Source of the DNA: Candidatus Omnitrophota bacterium
Lineage (GTDB): Bacteria > Omnitrophota > Gorgyraeia > JAGLLT01
Direction of reading: 5' to 3'
DNA: 64,000 nucleotides
Assembly: GCA_030632085.1 (NCBI GenBank)
Contig: DAOVJY010000002.1
Span: 248,319 to 312,318 of the forward strand
The notes beneath the pieces are model-generated. The model was not told the DNA's origin. It did no database searches and saw only the letters and a program-made list of their open reading frames with translations. A program made the translations under genes and the position numbers. Positions 58,371-64,000 of the stretch are shown in pieces (within the stretch, counting starts at the first letter, position 1; the number at the start of each line of letters is the position of its first letter).

Positions 58371-59497
58371 GTATTGTTTTAGCAGTAATCATATTCGGCC
58401 TTATAATTCTTATTCATGAATTCGGTCATTATATTGTAGGTAAATTGTCCGGTTGTAGTGTGTCAAAATTTTCTATAGGCTGTGGCCCGAAATTGGCGGC
58501 TTTTAAAAGGAAAGAAACTGAATATCAAATTTCATGGATACCGCTAATAGGCGGGTATGTGCGCATGCCGGGCATGGAAGGGGAAAGCGCTGAACTAACC
58601 AAAGAAGAAGCCGAAGATATCAAAAAATACAACCTGAAAACTTTTGAAGAGATTAAAACCTGGCAGAAGTTTATGGTTTTTATTGGTGGTGTCGGTATGC
58701 AGATATTAACCGCTATACTTTTATTATCAATAGTAATTGCCGTAATGGGAAAACCGCTTAATAAACTTTACATTGCCTCGATAGGTGAGGATTCACCGGC
58801 TCATGCTGCAGGTTTAAAGCCGGCTGATATTATACTTAAAGTGGATAATAAATCAATTAATTCAGTTGACGATTTATTAAATTATCTTGAGGATAAAGAT
58901 AAAATACAAGTTGAAGTTAATTATAAGAGAGGTAATGAATATTTAACTACCGGTGTTATTCCGGTATATAACAGTGAATATAAGAAAGTGGTGATGGGCG
59001 TTAACATAGTTCCTACATTGTACTTTAATAAAGAAGATATGTCCTGGAAGGATTATGCTTTTGGGGGCATTATTTTTACGGGTAAACTTAGTGCGATGAT
59101 GCTTGAAGGTATTTGGATGTTAATTAGCGGAGAATTACCACTTAAAGAATCGGCTATGGGGCCGATAGGTATTGTAGCTATTACAAAAGATATTATTCAG
59201 ACAGGATTTTTAAACGTTATCATGTTTTTTGTTTTGATCAACATCAATTTGGCCTATATAAACCTTATGCCGTTTCCGGCATTAGATGGTGGACACATTG
59301 TTTTTTTAGCCATTGAAAAAATGTTTAGAATAAAGATAGGGACCAAGGTTAAAGAAAAAATAATCATTGTCGGTTTTTCTCTTTTGATATTATTAATACT
59401 ATACATTACTTTTAATGATGTTAGCCGTCTTTATAGGATTCATAAGTCTAAAAATGAAGTTTCTATAAGCGAAAAGGTTATTGATATAGAGAAATGA
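58364..59497 (+). CDS. rseP: RIP metalloprotease RseP
   Basis: HEFGH, GGYVRM, PDZ, NLMPFPALDGG. Confidence 0.93.
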   Translation: MLGIVLAVIIFGLIILIHEFGHYIVGKLSGCSVSKFSIGCGPKLAAFKRKETEYQISWIPLIGGYVRMPGMEGESAELTKEEAEDIKKYNLKTFEEIKTWQKFMVFIGGVGMQILTAILLLSIVIAVMGKPLNKLYIASIGEDSPAHAAGLKPADIILKVDNKSINSVDDLLNYLEDKDKIQVEVNYKRGNEYLTTGVIPVYNSEYKKVVMGVNIVPTLYFNKEDMSWKDYAFGGIIFTGKLSAMMLEGIWMLISGELPLKESAMGPIGIVAITKDIIQTGFLNVIMFFVLININLAYINLMPFPALDGGHIVFLAIEKMFRIKIGTKVKEKIIIVGFSLLILLILYITFNDVSRLYRIHKSKNEVSISEKVIDIEK

Positions 59498-60549
59498 TTA
59501 AGCGCAGGAAAACTAAGATAATAACTGTAGGTAATTTGCGAATAGGTGGTAGTAATCCTATCGCTATTCAAGGCATGGCCAAAATTTCTACTGATAAAGT
59601 TACCGAAGTGGTTTCCCAGATAAAAGAGATGCAAAGGGCCGGTTGTGAACTTGTGCGTCTGGCCATTAAGACCAAGGAGCAAGCTAAGGCTTTATCAAAA
59701 ATAAAGAAAAAAGTTAAAATTCCGCTTATTGCTGATATTCATTTTGATTATCGCTTAGCTCTTTTAGCGATTGAAAGTGGAGCGGATAAGATTAGGATTA
59801 ATCCAGGGAATATTACAGAAAAAAAAGCTATCGATGAAATTGTGAAGGCCCTTAAAAAGGCAAAGCTACCGGTGAGGTTAGGCTTCAACTCCGGTTCAAT
59901 ACCTTTTAAATATAGTAGTGCTAACCTTGCAAAGAAAATGGCTGGTTATTGTTTGGGATATATAAGTGAGTTTGAAAAAAGAGGCTTTTATGATATAATA
60001 ATTTCGCTTAAGACATCAGATGTTTTATCAACTATTGAAGTCAATGAATTAGTTGCCGGAAAAACTAAATATCCATTCCACTTAGGAGTGACAGCAACGG
60101 GCCCGGGTATTAGTTCTGTAGTTAAGTCTTCGGTGGGCATTGGAACATTACTAAAAGAGGGCATTGGTGATACCATAAGGGTATCATTGACAAATTCAGC
60201 AGTAAGTGAGATTAAAACGGCTAAAATGATACTTCAAAGTCTTGAATTGAGAAGGTTTTATCCTGAGGTAATATCCTGTCCGACATGTGGACGCTGTCAG
60301 GTAAATTTAATCAAAATGGCTGAAGAAGTTTCAAGTGCGCTTATGAAGCTGGTAATTAAAAAACCTGAGATAAAAGACATGACTGTAGCTGTCATGGGCT
60401 GTGAAGTTAATGGACCGGGCGAGGCCAGGCATGCTGATATAGGCATTGCTTGCGGCAGTAAATATGCCGCTTTATTTAAAAACGGCAAAATTGTAAAAAG
60501 AGTAAATGTTAAAAAAGCTAAAATAGAGCTTTTAAAGGAGATAAAATGA
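59494..60549 (+). CDS. ispG: HMBPP synthase
   Basis: ADIHF, RINPGN, CPTCGR, MGCEVNGPGE. Confidence 0.96.
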   Translation: MIKRRKTKIITVGNLRIGGSNPIAIQGMAKISTDKVTEVVSQIKEMQRAGCELVRLAIKTKEQAKALSKIKKKVKIPLIADIHFDYRLALLAIESGADKIRINPGNITEKKAIDEIVKALKKAKLPVRLGFNSGSIPFKYSSANLAKKMAGYCLGYISEFEKRGFYDIIISLKTSDVLSTIEVNELVAGKTKYPFHLGVTATGPGISSVVKSSVGIGTLLKEGIGDTIRVSLTNSAVSEIKTAKMILQSLELRRFYPEVISCPTCGRCQVNLIKMAEEVSSALMKLVIKKPEIKDMTVAVMGCEVNGPGEARHADIGIACGSKYAALFKNGKIVKRVNVKKAKIELLKEIK

Positions 60550-62249
60550 GGTGGTCTGATTATTATTTACCTACCTTAAAAGAGAATCCTAGAGAGGCAG
60601 AAGCCCAAAGTCATAAGTTGATGATTAGGGCGGGCCTAATTAGAAAGCTTGCCGCTGGGACATATTCCTATCTACCATTTGGCTTAAAGGCTTTAAATAA
60701 TGTTGAGAGTATTATACGTCAGGCTATGAGTGAAAAAGGCGCCTTAGAAGTGTTTTTGCCTGCTTTGCATCCTTTGGAAATATGGCAGAAGACCGGTCGA
60801 GATGTAACTTTAATTGATGATGTCGGGTATTCTTTTATTGACAGACATGGCAATAAGATGGTTTTAGGCCCTACTCATGAAGAAATTATTACAGCTCTTA
60901 TACAAGGGGAAGTCAAGTCATATAAGCAGATGCCTCTTATCCTATATCAGATACAAAGTAAATTCAGAGATGAGCCTCGGCCTAGATTTGGTGTTATCAG
61001 GTCAAAAGAGTTCATCATGAAAGATGCTTATAGTTTTGATGTTGATGAGAAAAGTTTAAATGAGAGTTATAAAAAAATGCAGGAAGCCTATTGTCAAATA
61101 ATGGATAAATGCGGGCTGGATTATATAATGGTTGAAGCTGATCCTGGAATGATGGGCGGTAAGGAATCAGCTGAGTTTATGGTTATTTCTGATAGTGGCG
61201 AAGATATGATAGTTCATTGTTTTGGATGTGGTTATGCGGCAAGTCTTGAAGCTGCGCCTTGCGTAGGAGGTGAGCTCAAGAAGAAAGATAAGGTTTTGAA
61301 AATTGAAGTAATCGATACGCCCGGGAAATCAACTGTTGAGGATGTAGCTAGAGCTCTTAAGATTCCGGAAGCAAATTTGATTAAAACACTAATTTATAAA
61401 GCCGATGATAGTTTTGTCGCGGTTTTAATGCGGGGAGATAAACGCATAAATGAAACTAAACTCAGCCGAGTTCTTAACGCGCAGCATCTTAAATTAGCTA
61501 ACGATAGTGAAATTGAAGATGTTACCGGAGGACCGGTAGGTTTTAGCGGGCCTGTGAAGTTGAAGGGTGTAAAGATAATAGCTGATTTCTTAGTTGAGCA
61601 TATGTCCAATGCGGTAACAGGTGCTAATAAAGCGGATAAACATTTTACTAATGTAAATATTAATAAAGACTTTAAGGTTAATTTGTTCTGTGACTTACGT
61701 TATATTGATGTCGATGACGTTTGTCCAAAGTGCCATAAGAAAATTGAAATTAAAAGAACCATGGAAGTGGGCCATATATTTAAATTAGGCACTAAATATA
61801 CGGATAGTTTAAATGCCAAGTTTCTTGATGAAAACGGCAAAGAACACCTTATTATTATGGGTTGCTATGGAATTGGGGTTAATAGAGTTTTGGCGGCTAT
61901 AATTGAACTCAACCATGATGATAGAGGGATTGTTTGGCCTCAAGAGATAGCACCATTTAAAGCTCAGATATTGCTTTTAGATGAAAGCAAGGAAGCCGTC
62001 TCAATTGCTGATGATCTTTATGGTGAGTTGAGCTTTGAAGGTTTTGATGTGCTTTATGATGATAGAAATGCCCAGGCTGGAGTTAAATTTAAAGATGCCG
62101 ATTTAATAGGTATACCTCTTCAGATTATAATTGGCTCCAGAGGTTTGAAAAAGGGCAACATTGAAATAAAATATCGAGGAAGCAATAAAAAAGATGAAAT
62201 TGCTATTAAGAACGCAGCTTCCAAACTTAAAAAAATCTTGACAATGTAA
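60546..62249 (+). CDS. proS: Proline--tRNA ligase
   Basis: LGPTHEE, FRDEPRPRFG, editing domain, MGCYGIG. Confidence 0.97.
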   Translation: MRWSDYYLPTLKENPREAEAQSHKLMIRAGLIRKLAAGTYSYLPFGLKALNNVESIIRQAMSEKGALEVFLPALHPLEIWQKTGRDVTLIDDVGYSFIDRHGNKMVLGPTHEEIITALIQGEVKSYKQMPLILYQIQSKFRDEPRPRFGVIRSKEFIMKDAYSFDVDEKSLNESYKKMQEAYCQIMDKCGLDYIMVEADPGMMGGKESAEFMVISDSGEDMIVHCFGCGYAASLEAAPCVGGELKKKDKVLKIEVIDTPGKSTVEDVARALKIPEANLIKTLIYKADDSFVAVLMRGDKRINETKLSRVLNAQHLKLANDSEIEDVTGGPVGFSGPVKLKGVKIIADFLVEHMSNAVTGANKADKHFTNVNINKDFKVNLFCDLRYIDVDDVCPKCHKKIEIKRTMEVGHIFKLGTKYTDSLNAKFLDENGKEHLIIMGCYGIGVNRVLAAIIELNHDDRGIVWPQEIAPFKAQILLLDESKEAVSIADDLYGELSFEGFDVLYDDRNAQAGVKFKDADLIGIPLQIIIGSRGLKKGNIEIKYRGSNKKDEIAIKNAASKLKKILTM

Positions 62250-62316
62250 AGCCGATTTTGTATACTACTTATAGTTAAATGAATTTAGACGAAAGTGGGT
62301 TTTACCCGCTTTTTTT
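62238..62316 (+). promoter_or_regulatory. rimP promoter and leader hairpin
   Basis: TTGACA-17bp-TATACT; AAAGTGGGT/ACCCGCTTT hairpin plus T-tract typical of rimP leaders. Confidence 0.75.
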
Positions 62317-62324
62317 ATTGAATT

Positions 62325-62801
62325 ATGTATAAAGAAGAAATTACAGAAAAACTTAAACAAATAGCTCAAAAGCCTATAGCGGAAGCTAAAGCGGAACTTG
62401 TTAGTTTTGAGTTGAGACCCCAAAATCGCAATATGTTTATCCGCGTTTTGGTAGATAAGCCAGAGGGGATTTCAATTGATGATTGCGCTTTAATATGCCG
62501 GGCAATTGAGTGTGAAATAGATGAAGAAGGATTGTTTTCTCAAGGGTATACACTTGAAGTGGCATCTCCTGGATTAGATAGATTGCTCACGACCCAGTTG
62601 GATTTTCAAAGGGTTTTAGGTAAAGCGGTAATTCTATCCTATGATACAGGAGGCAATCACATAGAGAAGATTGAAGGGGTTATAGAAGATGCAGCAGATG
62701 ATTCTATTACGGTTAATGTTAAAGGCAAAAAAGAAAGCATTAAGTACTTAAACATAAAAAAGGCAAAACAAAAATTGAAATATGATAAGAGGAAGAAGTA
62801 A
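62325..62801 (+). CDS. rimP: Ribosome maturation factor RimP
   Basis: GISIDDC, YTLEVASPGLDR. Confidence 0.94.
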   Translation: MYKEEITEKLKQIAQKPIAEAKAELVSFELRPQNRNMFIRVLVDKPEGISIDDCALICRAIECEIDEEGLFSQGYTLEVASPGLDRLLTTQLDFQRVLGKAVILSYDTGGNHIEKIEGVIEDAADDSITVNVKGKKESIKYLNIKKAKQKLKYDKRKK

Positions 62802-63958
62802 TGAAAGGTGAATTATTAGCTATCTTAGATCACATGGAAAGAGAAAAGGGAATTGAGAGAGAGATTCTCATTGAGGCATTAGAGTTGGCCCTTTTATCTG
62901 CCGCAAAGAAGACCATTAAAGGTAAAGAAGGTGAATTATCTGTTAAATTCGATGCGGAGACGGGTGATATAGAAGTTTTTTCAGGCGACGTACTTATTAA
63001 ATCTGAAGAATTCGGACGCATCGCGGCTCAAACAGCTAAGCAGGTTATTATCCAAAAGATTCGTGAAGCTGAGCGTAATGTTATATTTGATGAATTTAAG
63101 GGTAAAGTTGGTGAAATTGTAAGTGGAACTATATATCGTTTTGAAAAGGGTGGCTTGATTGTTAATCTCGGTAAAGCTGAAGGTATTATTTTAAAGAAGT
63201 TTCAAGTGTCTAAAGAGAATTATGGACAGGGTCAGAGGATAAGGGCTTATGTGGAAGAGGTTGAGCAAAGCAATAGAGGGCCGAGAATTATTTTATCAAG
63301 AACTAGTCCTGAATTTGTAAGAAAACTATTTGAATTAGAAGTTCCGGAAATATATGAACATATAGTGGAAATAAAGGCAATTGCCAGAGAAGCCGGTGAA
63401 AGAACAAAACTAGCTGTATTATCTCACGATTCTAAAGTTGATAGCCAGGGAGCTTGCGTGGGTGTTCGCGGCTCCAGAGTTAAAAATGTAGTTAGTGAAC
63501 TTGATGGTGAAAAAGTTGATATTGTTAAGTACAGCACTGATTTAAAAGAATTCATTAAAAATGCTTTATCACCAGCTGAAATAATGGAGATTCAAGTTAA
63601 TGAAAATGAAAGCAGTGCTTTGGTTTTAGTGAACGATGATCAGCTGTCGCTGGCTATAGGTAAGCGTGGTCAAAATGTAAGACTTGCTTCTAGATTAGTA
63701 GAAGTTAGTTTGAATATTAAAAGCGCAAGCGAAGTTTCAAAAGCTTCAAATGATGATAAGAAATCTGTTAAGTCTGACAAATCGGAAATTAGCCAACTGA
63801 AGGGTGTTGGTAAAAAGACAGCTGAAGCCCTTATTGAAGCAGGCTATGACACTTTAGATAAAATTGCCCAAGTAAGTGCCAGTGATTTAGTTAAAGTACC
63901 GGGGATTGGAGCTAAAACGGCAGAGAAGATCATAATCAACGCAAAGGAAATCTGTTAA
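62801..63958 (+). CDS. nusA: Transcription factor NusA
   Basis: FGRIAAQTAKQ, S1/KH domains, AIGKRGQNVRLAS, C-terminal HhH. Confidence 0.96.
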   Translation: MKGELLAILDHMEREKGIEREILIEALELALLSAAKKTIKGKEGELSVKFDAETGDIEVFSGDVLIKSEEFGRIAAQTAKQVIIQKIREAERNVIFDEFKGKVGEIVSGTIYRFEKGGLIVNLGKAEGIILKKFQVSKENYGQGQRIRAYVEEVEQSNRGPRIILSRTSPEFVRKLFELEVPEIYEHIVEIKAIAREAGERTKLAVLSHDSKVDSQGACVGVRGSRVKNVVSELDGEKVDIVKYSTDLKEFIKNALSPAEIMEIQVNENESSALVLVNDDQLSLAIGKRGQNVRLASRLVEVSLNIKSASEVSKASNDDKKSVKSDKSEISQLKGVGKKTAEALIEAGYDTLDKIAQVSASDLVKVPGIGAKTAEKIIINAKEIC

Positions 63959-63962
63959 AGTT

Positions 63963-64000
63963 ATGGGTATACGTGTTTTTAAATTAGCTAAGGAATTGGG
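63963..64000 (+). CDS. infB: Translation initiation factor IF-2 (5' end, runs off window)
   Basis: MGIRVFKLAKEL IF2_N motif directly after nusA. Confidence 0.8.
   Translation, partial: MGIRVFKLAKEL

Overview
Bacterial chromosome segment with almost every gene on the + strand. Gene content resembles PVC/Omnitrophota-type genomes, but that is an inference. It has three zones. (1) About 1-17.3 kb is an accessory, defence-rich array: AbiEi/AbiEii, a type II-like R-M pair, a wHTH/HEPN-like trio, DarTG, a split membrane-anchored Cas4-like pair, a Panacea-like/TM/PD-(D/E)xK/Zn TIM-barrel-like quartet, NlpC/P60 and PLD genes. Its modules are separated by short GGGGACA/TGTCCCC-type repeats, remnants of HUH Y1 (RAYT-like) transposase 3' ends, and two internally deleted RAYT mini-elements with terminal inverted repeats. 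Several neighbouring genes (hsdR, abi, serine recombinase) are cut off at or within a few tens of bp of these repeats. (2) About 17.3-27 kb holds single genes or small operons separated by degenerate heptamer-repeat patches and a promoter module that occurs four times in the window. (3) About 27.5-64 kb is core genome: pilB-like/amidase/murI/queDCEF/fumarase/rph/rdgB, seven tRNAs, tig-clpP-lon, serA, probable Re-citrate synthase, purA, hppA, uppS-cdsA-dxr-rseP-ispG-proS, rimP-nusA-infB. Four tRNA spacers carry heptamer-armed elements with a full, partial or absent four-helix-bundle (Avd/IVP-like) gene. All calls are by eye; no searches were run.
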